A DNA stretch of 64,000 bases from positions 16,988,001 to 17,052,000 of the forward strand of contig OZ024740.1 in NCBI GenBank assembly GCA_964016885.1, in the 5' to 3' direction. Origin of the DNA: Eledone cirrhosa. Lineage: Eukaryota. Shown in pieces: positions 12,410-25,599 of the stretch (position 1 is its first letter; each line of letters opens with the position of its first letter). The notes beneath the pieces were generated by a model, which had not been told where the DNA came from, made no database searches, and saw nothing but the letters and a program-made list of their open reading frames with translations. A program made the position numbers and the translations under genes.

Positions 12410-12653
12410 TATATGTATGTGTGTCAAAATATATGTAATATGTTTATATTGTGTTGGAGTATCACTATCAAAGAAAAACGTGTTCATAGAACAAAAAAGA
12501 GAAAAATTATTTTGATGATGATGATGATAATGGTGATGATGGTAGTGGTGGTGGTGGTGGTGTGGTGTGGTGGTGGTGGTGGTGTGAGGATGACGATGGT
12601 GGTGTATTGATGATGGTGATGATAATAATAATAATAAGAAGAAGAAGAAGAAG

Positions 12654-15600
12654 AATAATGATTTCATTTATTGGCCACAAGGGCCGACATATAGGGGACA
12701 ATACAAAAGACTGGGACAGTGGGATTTTACAGAAAAATCGAGTAAACAATATGAATAACAATAACAAAGTAACAATAAAGTAACAAGAAAATTACAAGAA
12801 AAAATTCCCCAATAGGGGGGATGACCACCTAGGGTTCGCTCAGGTACCCCACCAATCCTGAACGACCCGACGCTTCGAGAGCACCGTGGAAGGGCACCCC
12901 TCTCCTCAAATTTACCTACCTACAGCCGCATAAACAGAGTAGGCCCACTCACACGGGCCATTCTCGGCACATTCACCCACCTTTCAGCAAATGTAATGGG
13001 GGGGGGGCATGACTTCTCTCTCCACCCTCAACTTCCTTTCCAAGTGAAACTTGAAAAAGTTGATGAGGAATTGGCCGAAGAGAAAAGTGTCTATCTTCAG
13101 TCCTTTCAACCTCGTCCACTATACAACCTCTTTCGCTACTGCCACCAGACAGAGGAAAATTGCCTGCCCTTCCTGGTCAAAAGAAGGCGGTGGGCCGAAC
13201 TTCATTATGGACTCGGCCGATAGCCGGATCCGTTCTACACGCGACAACAGCTGTTCAACATAACTCCACAATTCAGTAATGCACGGACACTGGACGAGTG
13301 CGTGCAGAACGGTTACGTCGCTCTGTGCGCATCTCGGGCAGGTTCGTCTGACAGCACTTCTGTGCCTGTAGAGTTTATCTCGAACCGGCAGTGCCCCCGG
13401 TAACACTGCTAAGCGAGGGATTTTCGGAAATTATTCATCGTCCCCGGCTCGAAAGTCCTCTGGTACAGACTGGTTAGTTCGACTTCGTTGACTCCCAGAG
13501 CCTCTCCGAGTGCGTCGTCGCACTTGCCCACCACTAATCCTCTATAGAACTCGAGAGTGGAAGTTCCACTGACCGCATTGCCCGCCTGGTAGAGGGCAGT
13601 GAGTGCCTGGCAACATTCCAGATGCCAGTCACCCAGTCTCGGTCTCTTCTTGACCCAGGACTGCAGCTCAGTCAAAGAAACGAGCTGCGGAAAGGCCCGT
13701 CTGACAAACGGCGACCACACCTGTTCACCGTTTAGGCAGAATATCTGGAGATGCCGCAGCCTCAGCGCGTGCCTGCGTATCATTAGCCACGGCATGCCCA
13801 TCCCTCCACGTAGAGGGTGCTGGCAGCAGATGGACCGCCTTACCAGCGGAACCTGGCCCCTCCACAAGAATTTGAAGAGGAGCCGCTCCAAGATGGCGAG
13901 GCGCGAACGGGGGCAAGGAACGACGGTCAGACGGTAGTAGATGACGGACGCAATGTACGCGTTCGCCATCTCCGTCCGACCTTTCAGCGATAGCTTCATC
14001 CCAGCCCATTTCTGGGTGAGACTGGCTACCCTGCCCGTCACCTCGTCCCAATTCTTATTCACCTGGAGGTCTGGCCCGAACCAAACCCCTAGCAACTTTA
14101 CCGGTCCATCCGTCCAGCGCCTAACGACGCTGTTGGACAGCATGGACTTGCCTCTTCAGGTGCCGAGTTGCAAGCCCACCAACTTTTCCGGGTTAAGTTT
14201 TGCTCCCGTCAACCTTTCATATTCCTCCAATAAGTTGCCGACCACCTCGATTTCTGAGGTGTCCGACACCATCACAGTGATGTCGTCCGCATAAGCCGAC
14301 ACAGCCTTTCCGCGTCCCGGCGGGATGCCCTGCAACAGGTCCAGCTTCCGCAGTAAAGGCTCGAGAGTCAATACGTACAGAAAAGAGGAGAGAGGGCACC
14401 CTTGACGGACCGATCGGGAAACCTGAAACGGTTCCGAGAGGTGGCCATTAATTTTGACCATCGAGCAGGTGCCGCTGTGCATTGCAGCGATCCAGCTTCT
14501 GAAGACGGGGCCGAAGCCAGCCGCCTTGAGGAGAGCCTCCAGGTACCGATGGTCGACCCTATCGAATGCATTCGATTGATCTAAATTGATCAGAGCCCCA
14601 CCGAAGCCAGGTTTACACCCTACCCTCTCTATGATGTATCGTATTAGGTGGAGATTGTCGTGTATGGACCTGGTTGGGATTGCGCAAGTTTGCGCCTCCC
14701 CAACCAAATCCCCGACGACAAGCGCCAACCTCTTCGCTAACACCCTGGCCAAAATCTTAAACTCTGTGTTGAGCAGAGTTATGGGCCTGTAATTGTCTAA
14801 TGTGTCCCTCTTGTTCTCGTCTTTCCTTATCAGCGTCACTACGCCCCGGCTCACAGAACTGGGAATACTCCCGTTTTGCTGCCAGTTGCAGTAGAGGCTT
14901 CGAGGAGATTGCAGAAAAAGTCTGGCATATTTACGTAAAGCTCGTAGAGTAGAGCAGACCATCCAAACCGGGTGACTTGCGCCTCATGCAGCCGACAAGG
15001 GCATCCTGAATCTCGGCTGAAGTAATTGACCTTTCGCAGCGCCCAGCGTCAGCCGTGGAGAGTTGCGGCAAGCCATCGGAGTAGGGACTGAAGTCCGCGA
15101 CCATCTCTGACCCGCCACTTCCCCCGAACAACCGAACAAAATGTTGGCGAAAGGCCTCACACATCCGCTTGGAATCGTTCAGCTCGTGTCCGTCTCGGTC
15201 CGTCAAAGACCGAATCGTGGGTTTATTACCACGTTGCGCCTCTGCCACGCGGGCCCATCGAAAAGCTTTGGTTCCCTCGTTTCTCAGAGCACGCGCCTTA
15301 GCTCTGACAATGCAACCTTCGTGTTTCGCATTGAATAAATGGTTTAATGCCATTCTCGCCGCTAGCACGTCAGTTGCAATGCCACTACCAATAGCCTCGT
15401 CTAACTTATCTACCAGCTCCCCCTCCTTTCTATTTTTCTCTAACGTTAGTTCTTTGCTAAACTCTATTGACATTACTCTAATCTCTCTTTTGAGAGCCCC
15501 CCCCCCCCCCCCCCCCCCACCACCACCACCACCACCACCACCACCATCTATTGTTGACGACTCCCCTGTCAACTTTTTCTTAACTAAATTGTTGACCTGG

Positions 15601-18057
15601 TCCCTGTAAGCCTTACGTGCCGGAAATGACATGTTTAGCTTCCAGTAACCAGGTCCTTACCTACGCGTCTTATCTAGGTCGACCATACAGATCACAAACT
15701 TGTGATCTGAATAGGCGACCGTTTCAAAACGTGGACAGCTTACACTATTTCTGTCTATTTTCCTAATGAATATCCTGTCTATATACGATCTAGATGACCC
15801 TATGCGGTTAGCCCAGGTCCACACTGGCGCATTAGGGAAATCTAGTCGGTACCTGTCAGACAGTTGGAACTGGTTGATCAGGTTCTTGAGGCTTTTGCAC
15901 CCCCGCTCTTATCGGATACTCCCACACAGTCCCAGCGTGCGTCTAAGATGCCGTTCCAGTCCCCCGCTAACAGTAAAGGGCGAGACGTGCCCAGAAAGGC
16001 TTCCAGGCGTCGAAAGAAGTCCGGCCGTCCTGCCCCAGTAGGAGCATAGACGGCCACCAGTCTAAAGGCACCACCTTCGTTATTGTTCACGTCCAGGACC
16101 ACCAACTTCCCGTTCGGGTCCCGGAAGATCGACCTTACCTCGAGATCCAGGCCTTTCCTAAACAGCACTTCCACCCCGCCTCCCATTCCCAGCCGGCTAA
16201 CAGATGCAAAGATCTGATAGTCGACGAAAATGGGGGCTAGTGCGCGCGTGTCGGAAATCCTGATCTCGCTGACGGCAATTACATCCATTTCTAGAGACCT
16301 GAGGTCGTTGAGCAGGTGACCCTGCTTCCAGGACGATCCCAGGGCTCGAACATTTAAACATCCTACTCTTAATACGGCCATGTTGGCAGGTTAAAAAGAG
16401 AGAGAGGAAAGGTTTACTTACCTTCCGGGCTCTTGTGAAGGTCGGGTTGTTCGACCTCCATAGTTGGTGGGGTTTCTTTTGGGAACCCCTTTAAAAGTCT
16501 TGAAGTGGATTTTACGTTCGGGGTTCCCACGTCCCGAGGAAAGCTGTCTCGTATTTCTTTGTATAAATCGAGCGACATTCGCACCAGAACCAAATCTTCC
16601 GGCACGCGAAATGTGCTCGATTTAAAAATGTCCCCCTCTTTTTGTATATTTTCACTTCGTGCTACGAGGGCCGTCAGTTCCTTGTTGGCCCTCCTGACGA
16701 GCACGAGGTTTTGTATGTTTTGTTGGTGTGATTTTATTTGTTTGCGTGGCTGTGGTGGTGATGGTTTTGGTGGTGTTGTTTCGGTTGTGTCTGTGTTTGT
16801 TGTGAATGCGGTGTCTGTGGTTTCAGATGTTTGTGTGTATATTTGTTCTTGCGTCTGTTTAGGTTGTTTGCGTTTGGGGGATTCTGGTGATGGTGGTGGT
16901 GGTGTTGATGTTGGTGTTATTGGAGAGATGTTTACGTGGGTGGTGTCTGCGTTTTTTATTGTGGGTGATTTTGTCCTTTGTTGAGTTTTTTTTTTCTTTT
17001 TGTGTTTCCTTTTTTGTATTTTGGGGGATTTTGGTTTTCCCTCATCTTCACTTCTGGTAGATGAGGGGTCTGTGTCTGTAAGTGTGTCTGTATGTATGTT
17101 TATGGTTTTATTGGTGTGTGTATTTTTGGGGGGAGGAGGAATTTGACAGCTTTCCTCGTTTCCCCCCTGGGTGGTCAATGTTGGTGGTGGTCTTTCTATT
17201 GGTGTTGTTGTTGGTGGTTTTGCCGGTGCTGGTGTTGGTTGTGGTCTTCGCCCCGGCGTCGGCAACAGTGAAGCCTTTCGACCCCTTGCCTCTTTCAGCA
17301 GTTGAGGGCAGAAGGCTCGTAAATGGGTTTTTTCTCCACAAACAAAACACTGCGGCCTTTTGCCTTCAGTCATAATGTGAATGACCGTCCCATTCTGAAG
17401 GCGGATGTGGTCCGGGATTGTCTTCACATTCTCGAGCCTGATCTGGAGAAGGATCTCCAGGTCAACCCCGGACCAGTCCTCTCTGGCCGTTCTGGTCACT
17501 TCTATAGGGACGGTATCCGTCCCCTCCACAATCACACATCCCAGAAGCCACCACATGTCAAGTCCTGGTGGGATTCTGGGAATGCGGAGACGGGCCGCTC
17601 TTTTTCCCATGTGGGAGGGGTACATTATGACCTTGCTGAGTCATAGCGTGTTTAATAGCGAGGGCTTCTGACTTGAACAACACCGAAATGGTGCCGTACT
17701 GTCTGCCCCTCTCTATGTATTCGGTGTCTTCTCTGATGCAACTCAGCGCGACTTCGACATCTGCTTGTGGGATTAAAGCTGCCCTTTTGGTTTGTGCTGA
17801 GATGCATCTATAATGCATCGTTCTGCGCTCCACTGCCTCAATAGCTCAGCCATGTTTTTTTTTCTCCGTAAATTTTTTAAAATGTAAATAAAGTTCAAAT
17901 ATTTGGGCCAAAAGGCCCAAATATTATACTTTCTCCTTCACAGGGCAAAATCTAAGGACTTATATCCCTTACACAACAAGAAATATTTAACAACAAATAA
18001 TTTTAACAGGCAAATAAAGTGACTTACTGGGAGCGAGCAAAATACGTCCGATTCGAC
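12654..18057 (-). mobile_element. Tx1-clade LINE, apparently full length (5.4 kb), decayed
   Basis: 5' UTR; ORF1 (~17853-16414, CFVCGEKTHLRAFC zinc knuckle); ORF2 (16381-12920, APE-RT-CCHC); 3' AATAAATGAAATC followed by (ATT)n/(CTT)n. Confidence 0.93.
16414..17853 (-). pseudogene. Tx1 ORF1 (gag-like, CCHC zinc knuckle), frameshifted
   Basis: ORFs 17558-17833 and 16414-17625; contains CX2CX4HX4C. Confidence 0.8.
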
Positions 18058-18099
<42 letters not shown>

Positions 18100-18405
18100 T
18101 TTCTTTATTAGCCACAAGGGCTGACATCAAGAAAAACATTACAGACGACACAGGACGGTACAGGACGGTACGATGTGGGTTTTGTGCGTGTAAATATTTT
18201 TATTATTTATATAAGAAAAGAAGAAAAAAAAAGGAAATAGAAACATATATATATATAAACAATAAAAATGAAAATTGAAACAATGAAAAATTTCCCAATA
18301 GGGGGGAAACCTCCGAGGGTTACTCGTGGCGAAAACCACACAAAAGACCACGGCCACCCTGACCACCAGGGCAAGCGCCCTCTCTCAATTCTTCCATCTC
18401 TCAAA

Positions 18406-21400
18406 CTACAGACGTATATTCAGAGTGGTCCCGTTCACTCGGACCATTCTCGCTACATTCACCCGCCTTTCAACAAACTTGCTAGAAAGCAGCACTTGCC
18501 TCTCCACCCTGATTTTCCTCTTCAAGTGAAACTTGAAAAAGTTAATTAGGGATTCGCCGAAGAGGAAAGTGTCTGTCTTTAACTCTTTTAACCTTGTCCA
18601 CCACATAATCTCTTTCGCCATCGCCACCAGGCAGATGAAAACCGCCTGCCCTTCCTCCTCGAAGGAAGATGGCGAGACCATCTGCACAATGGACTCAGTC
18701 GACAACCGGATCAGTCCTACACGCGACAGCAACTGTTCGACATAGCTCCACAAGTCAGCAATGCTCGGGCACTGAACGAGTGCGTGCACGACGGTTTCGT
18801 CGCTCTGCGCGCATCTCGGACAGGCTCGGCTGACGGCACTTCCGTGCCTGTAGAGCTTATCTCGAACCGGCAGCGCTCCCCGGTAGCACTGCCAGGCCAG
18901 GGATTTTTGGAAGTTATCCATAGGCCCCGGGTTGAAAGTTCTCCGGAATAAAGCAAACAGCTGATCTTCTTCGACGTCCAGGATCTCTCCGAGAATGTCG
19001 TCGCTCTTCCCCTCCACAAGTCCTCTATAGAACGCCGAGGTGGATGTTCCACCGATACTGGTGCCCAGCTGGGAGAGGGCAGTGAGCGCCTGGAGACATT
19101 CCAGTTTCCAAGCGCTATCCCTCGGTCTTTTTCTGACCCAGGACTGCAGCTCCGTCAAAGAGACGAGCTGTGGCAAAACGTGCCTAGCGAACGGCGACCA
19201 CACCTGTTCACCATCAAGGAAGCACCAGAGATGTCGCAGCCTCAGCGCATGTTTGCACATCATCAGCCATGGCATGCCCAGTCCTCCACGCAACGGGTGT
19301 TGACAGCAGATGGATCGTCTGACCATCGGAGCGTGTCCCTTCCACAAAAAGCGGAAGAGGAGGCGCTCCATTTTGGTGAGAGTTGGGCTGGAGCAAGGGA
19401 CGACGGTGAGGCGGTAGAAGATGACGGATGCGATGTACGCATTCGCCACCTCCGCCCGGCCTTTCAGGGACAGCTTCCTCTCAGCCCAATTCTGGGTGAG
19501 GGAGGTCACCCTGCTCGTCACCTCGTTCCAGTTTTTCTCCATCTGGAGGTCCGGTCCGAACCAGACCCCGAGCAATTTAACCGGTCCATCCGTCCAACGC
19601 CCCACGACGCTGTCGGACGGCATGGACTTGTCTCTCCTGGTGCCGAGCTGCAAGCCCACCGACTTTTCCTGGTTTATCTTTGCTCCTGTCACCGCTTCGT
19701 ATTCCTTGAAAGCGGTGCCGAGCATCTGGACGTGTCTGGTGCTCGACACCACCATGGTGACGTCGTCAGCGTAAGCCGACTCGGATTTCCCGCATCCTAG
19801 TTCGCGTGGGACGCCCCTCATCGCCCCCAGTTTGTGCAGTAACGGCTTGAGAGCCAATACGTACAATAGGGACGAGAGGGGACAACCCTGGCGGACTGAG
19901 CGCATGATGCTGAACGGCTGCGACAGGTGACCGTTCACCCTCACAACTGAGCAGATGTCGCTGTACATTGCTGCGATCCAACCCTTGAAAACGGGCCCGA
20001 AACCGGCTGCCTCGAGGACCGCCGCCAGGTACCGATGGTCGACCCTATCGAATGCTTTGGATTGATCCAAGTTAATCAGGGCCCCACCCTTGCCAGGTTC
20101 CTTAACCACCCTCTCTATGATGTATCGCATGAGGTGGAGGTTGTCGTGTATGAATCTGTCCGGAATGGCGCATGTCTGCGCCTCTCCCACCAGACCCTTG
20201 ACGACAAGCGCCAACCTCGTTGCTAACACGTTGGCCAAAATCTTGAACTCTGCGTTTAGCAGGGTTATGGGCCTGAAATTATCGATAACATGCCCCTTAT
20301 TCGGGTCTTTTCTCAGCAGCGCCACTGTTCCCCGGCTCACAAAACTGGGAATGCTCCCGTTCTGCTGCCAGTTCTGCTACCAGTTGCAGTAGACGCTTGC
20401 CAAGAGGTCACCGAACAAGTTTGGCATAAATACATAAAACTCGTAGGGCAGACCATCCAAACCTGACGATTTACCCCTTGTGCAGTTAGCCATCGCTTCC
20501 CGTATTTCACCGGCTGTTATTGACTTTTCGCAACACTGTGCTGCGGTCGTCGAGATATGCACTGAAGTCCATGCCCCGATCCGGGCCGCCGCCGCTCCCG
20601 AACAGAACAGCAAAGTGCTGCTGAAAAGCTTCACACATCCGCTCGGGTTCGAGCATCACGCACCCGTTTTGGTCAGACAAAAACCGAATTGTGGCTTTGT
20701 TGCTACGTCGCGCCTCTGCCACCCGGGCCCATTGGACGGCTTTTGTCGCCTCGTGTTTCAGAGCACGCGCCCTAGCTCTGACAACGCAGCCTTCGCGTTT
20801 TGCGTTGAAGAATTGGTCGAGTGCCAATCTCGCCGCAAGCACGTCGGTTGCGATGCCTGTCCTAAACGCCTCTTCTAGCTTTCTGACTAGCTCTCCCTCT
20901 ACTCTATTTTCCTCTATCACTACTCCTTTGCTAAACCTAATCGACTCTACTTTAATTGCCCTTTTCAGGGCGAACCACCACCTGTTGTTGACGACCGCTC
21001 CCGTCAACGCCCGCTTAACTAATACACTAATCCGGTCTCTGTAGGCTTTGCGCGCCGGGAAAGACGCGTTCAGCTTCCAGTAACCAGGCCCTTGTCTATG
21101 AAGTCTGTCTATGTCGATCTCACAGATCACAAATTTGAGGTCTGTGTAGTCGACTATTTTAAATTGTGGACAACTTATACTAGCCTTATCTAGTTCTCTG
21201 CAGAATACCCTATCAAGATACGATCTGGATGACCCGATGCGGTTTGTTCATGTCCACATTGGCACATTCGGGTGATCCAGTCGATACCTGTCAGACAATT
21301 CAAAATGTCTGAGCAGGTTGGTGAGGCTCTTGCACCCTCTACCCCTATCCACTATCCCCACACGATCCCAGCGTGCATCCAAGATACCGTTCCAGTCGCC

Positions 21401-21817
21401 CACTAACACTAAAGAGCGGGACGTTCCAAGAAAGGTCTCTAGACGTCTGAAGAAATCTGGCCGTCCTGCCCCTGTTGGGGCGTAGACGGCTACTAGCCTG
21501 AAAGCATTGCCTTCGCTTCCGGTCACGTCCAGCACCACCGACTTACCTTCTGGGTCCAGGAAGATGGCCCGTATCGCGAGATCCAAGCCTCTCCGAAAAA
21601 GGACGGCAACCCCTCCCCCCGATCCTGGACGGCTGGGAGATGCCTATACATCGTAGCCGCCGAAGATCGGTGCGAAGGCCCGTGCTTCGGAGATTCTGGT
21701 TTCACTGATGGCCACCACATCTATGTTTAGTGACCTGAGGTCGTTGAGCAGGTGACCCTGCTTCCAAGATGACCCCAGGCCACGTGCATTTATACTGCCT
21801 ATTCTGAGTACGGCCAT
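18406..21817 (-). pseudogene. Tx1 ORF2, few disruptions
   Basis: ORFs 21644-21853, 21248-21586, 20507-21130, 20377-20634 and 18406-20340. Confidence 0.9.
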
Positions 21818-21849
21818 GTTGGATGAGAAACGGGGCAAGTGAGAAAGGG

Positions 21850-23929
21850 TCACTTACCTTGTTCGTGTGGTGAAGGGACAGTAGAACCGTCTCTTTCGCT
21901 GGTCATGGGTGTTTCCAAGAGGATGTCAGTGTATATCCTTTTGGTAACCGACTCTCTGAAGTCTCCAACTGCGTTGGGGAATTTTTGTTTTAAAGGTTTG
22001 TACTGTTCTATTGAGATTTCGATGATGCTTATGTTTGTCAGGAGAGTTCTTGGTGTTGGTGGGGTGTAGTAGTTTTTTTCTGTGATGTCTGTGTGCTGCT
22101 TTATATATTGTATGAGTTCTTTTTTTGCCATGTTTATGGCTGTGTACTTTTTGGGTGGGAGGGGTGATTTTGTTGTTTTCTTCTTGTTGCTATTTGGTGT
22201 GTGTGTCTTGTTGTGTTTGCGTTGTTGGTGTTTTGGGTGATGCTGGTGATGGTGTGGTTGTTGTTGTCAGTGGTGTTTGTGGTGGTGATGGTGGTGGTGT
22301 TGCTGCAAGTTTCCTTGCTGCCTTTACCCCTCTTTGTATGCCTTCGCTTTTGGAGGGTGAATCTAAGGGTTTTTTGTTTTTTTGTTTTTTGTGGCAGACC
22401 GTTTACCACTTCACTCCCGCCTCAAACTCTATGTCAGATTCTGTGGCGTCTGGGAGGGGTATGTGCTCCACGGCTGTTGGTGGTGGTAGTGGAGCCCTCT
22501 TCGGCAATTTTGTTGCTGGTGTAGCTACTTCAAATGTAGCTATTGGTGTTGCCGCCACTGATGATGCTGCTTTAGTTATCCGTGACCTTGGTACGGGTGC
22601 TACGGACGTTGCCCTCCTACTCACAGTGGAAGGGGCTTCTTTGTTTGTTGCCTGCCCTGCTCTTGGTAGCAACGGACCAGGTATTGGAAGGAGAGGGGCC
22701 TTCTTCGCTGTCTTTTGCGGGCAAAAGGCCCTGAGGTGACCCTTCGACCCACAGAGATAACATTTTGGCCGTCTTCCTTCTACACTTATAGGGAGCTGGA
22801 GTCCTTCCTCGATGTCTATGATATCGGAGATAGCGTCGATACATTCCTGGTCAGTTTGTATAAGCATTTGCATGCCTATACCTGACCAGTTCTCTCTCCC
22901 TATTTTTTTTACTTGCAGCATGGTCGTCCTGTTCTCGATTCCAGAAAGGACAGACGCGGCCAGCCAAGGTATGGGCACGTCGGGTGGAACCTGGGTCACT
23001 TTGACCCTCACAATTTTCTGCCCGCAGTAGGAGGGCACCAAGACTATCTCCTCACTCTTTAGGGTTTCCAAAGAGTGAGACTTTGCTTCCTGGGGCGTGG
23101 CGAAAATTACGTCTACTGTGGTGTACTTTCTGCCTCGGGTGATGTGGGTTTTCCGTGCCCAGACGCACCCCAAGGCCTTTTGGATTTGAGCCTCCGTGGC
23201 TCTCTCCACTCGATGTGAGATTTTGCTTACGGTACGGTAAGTCACCGTCCGTAGCTGCTGGTCCTTGAAAAAATTGGGTGGAGGTTTCAGGGAAACTCTA
23301 TTTGCGCTTCTTGTCACCATGGCCCTTGCGACTACCATCTCCTCCTCTGTGACTAACACTGTCTCGATATTTCGGGCGACACCTGCAAAAGAAGTGGTCC
23401 CTTTTTCAGCAGCACCACTATTGCTGCCGCTACTGGTCTTACTGGTGGTGCTGAGATCGCTATTACAGGTATCGATGTCATTGTTGTTGTTTTCGTTGGT
23501 ACAGTTGTTGGTGTTGTTGTTGTTTTCGTTGATATTGTTGCTGTTGTTACTGTTATTGTGGCTGTTGTTATTATTGTTGTTTTTGTTGATACTGTTCCTA
23601 CTATTATTGTTGTTGTGGCTGTTGTTATTGTCATTGTTATTGTCGTTCTCGACCTTACCGCTGTTATTTTTGTTATTGTCGTTCTCGACTTTACCGCTGC
23701 TATTTTTGTTGTTGCTGTTGTTATTGGTGGTGTTGTTGTTGGTGTTATTGTTGGTGTTGTTTGTGTTAGAAATATTTGTTAATTTTAAATCTGTAACAAT
23801 CTTCTTTTCCTTTATAATATTTTCGTTTATATTAACCTCCGCTGGAACGCTGTCTTGTTGACATGCTGATAAAGTCTCCCTCTCTCTCTGTTGTCTGACA
23901 GTGCTCTCTCTGTTTCTTGTGTTATCCAT
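21850..23929 (-). pseudogene. Tx1 ORF1, frameshift near 22400
   Basis: A 508-aa ORF with a zinc knuckle, plus a C-terminal segment at 21850-22131 ending GK*. Confidence 0.82.
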
Positions 23930-24117
23930 GTTGAAATTAAAAAAAAAAAAATATTTTTACACAAATACGAATACGACACCCCGTAAAGGGGTGCCGTATT
24001 ATTTACGAGTGAACCCCTGTAAAAGGTTTAGAACAGTTGAAAACGAGGTAAAACGTTGAAAAAAAAACTGTAGACGATAAGAAGCGTGGCTTCTCCAACA
24101 ACAATAATAATAATAAT

Positions 24118-25205
24118 AATGATTTCTTTATTGGCCACAAGGGCTGACATCAAGAAAAACATTACAGACGGCACAGGACGGTACAGGACGGTGCGATGTG
24201 GGTTTTGTGCGTGCAAATATTTTTATTATTTATATAAGAAAAGAAGAAAAAAAAAAGGACATAGAAACATATATATATAAACAATAAAAATGAAAATTGA
24301 AACAATGAAAAATTCCCTAATAGGGGGGAAACTTCCGAGGGTTACTCGTGGCGAAAACCACACAAAAGACCACGGCCAACCTGACCACCAGGGCAAGCGC
24401 CCTCTCTCAATTTTTCCATCTCTCAAACTACAGACGTATATTCACTCGGACCATTCTCGCTACATTCACCCACCTTTCAACAAACTTACTAGAAAGCAGC
24501 ACTTGCCTCTCCACCCTGATTTTCCTCTTCAAGTGAAACTTGAAAAAGTTAATTAGGGATTCGCCGAAGAGGAAAGTGTCTGTCTTTAACCCTTTTAACC
24601 TTGTCCACCACACAATCACTTTCGCCATGGCCACCAGGCAGATGAAAACCGCCTGCCCTTCCTCCTCGAAGGAAGACGACGAGACCATCTGCACAATGGA
24701 CTCAGTCGACAACCGGATCAGTCCTACACGCGACAGCAACTGTTCGACATAGCTCCACAAGTCAGCAATGCTCGGGCACTGAACGAGTGCGTGCACGGCG
24801 GTTTCGTCGCTCTGCGCGCATCTCGGACAGGCTCGGCTGACGGCACTTCCGTGCCTGTAGAGCTTATCTCGAACCGGCAGCGCTCCCTGGTAGCACTGCT
24901 AGGCCAGGGATTTTTGGAAGTTATCCATAGGCCCCGGGCTGAAAGTTCTCCGGAATAGAGCAAACAGCTGATCTTCTTCGACGTCCAGGATCTCTCCGAG
25001 AATGTCGTCGCTCTTCCCCTCCACTAGTCCTCTATAGAACGCCGAGGTGGATGTTCCACCGATACTGGTGCCCAGCTGGGAGAGGGCAGTGAGCGCCTGG
25101 AGACATTCCAGTTTCCAAGCGCTATCCCTCGGTCTTTTTCTGACCCAGGACTACAGCTCCGTCAAGTAGACAAGCTGTGGGAAAACGTGCCTGGCGAACG
25201 GCGAC
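24118..25205 (-). mobile_element. Tx1 5'-truncated copy, near-identical to the 3' 1.1 kb of 18098-24096
   Basis: Direct sequence match to ~18096-19200, with (TAA)n on both sides. Confidence 0.93.
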
Positions 25206-25225
25206 AATAATAATAATTATTATTA

Positions 25226-25594
25226 TTATTTCTACTTTTGGCACAAGGCCAGCAATTATCCCAGTAATTTCTGGTACTTTATTTTATCGACCCCGTAAGG
25301 ATGAAAGGCAAAGTTAACCTCGGTGGGATTTGAACTCAGACCATAAAGGGCCGTAACTCTTTGCTGCAAAGCATGGCGTCCAACCCTCTCCCGATACTGC
25401 CAATCCAAATAATAATAATTGTTTCTACTTTAGGCACAAGGCCAGCAATTACCCCAGTGCCTTACTGGTACTTTATTTTATCGACCCCGTAAGGATGAAA
25501 GGCAAAGTCAACCTCGGCGGGATTTGAACTCAGATCGTAAAGGGACGTACCTATGCTGGAAAGCATGGCGTCCGACCCTCTACCGATACTGCCA
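25226..25594 (-). mobile_element. Two tandem tRNA-derived Deu/Nin-domain SINEs
   Basis: A box TGGCAGTATCGG, B box GAGTTCAAATCC, core TTTGCCTTTCATCCTTACGGGGTCGATAAAATAAAGTACCAG, and an (ATT)n tail. Confidence 0.85.
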
Positions 25595-25599
25595 AAAAT

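Larger units (their letters stand above)
18098..24096 (-). mobile_element. Tx1-clade LINE, apparently full length (6.0 kb), second subfamily
   Basis: ORF1 23929-21850 (Asn-rich N-terminus, CYLCGSKGHLRAFC). ORF2 21817-18406 includes a 644-aa open RT-CCHC segment (YADD). (TAA)n flanks both sides. Confidence 0.94.

Noticed and set aside
15496-15546. Poly-Gly insertion in Tx1 ORF2
   Set aside because: It is a local expansion of a C-run/(CCA)n at the RWW codons, seen in one copy only, so it reflects decay or a sequencing artefact.
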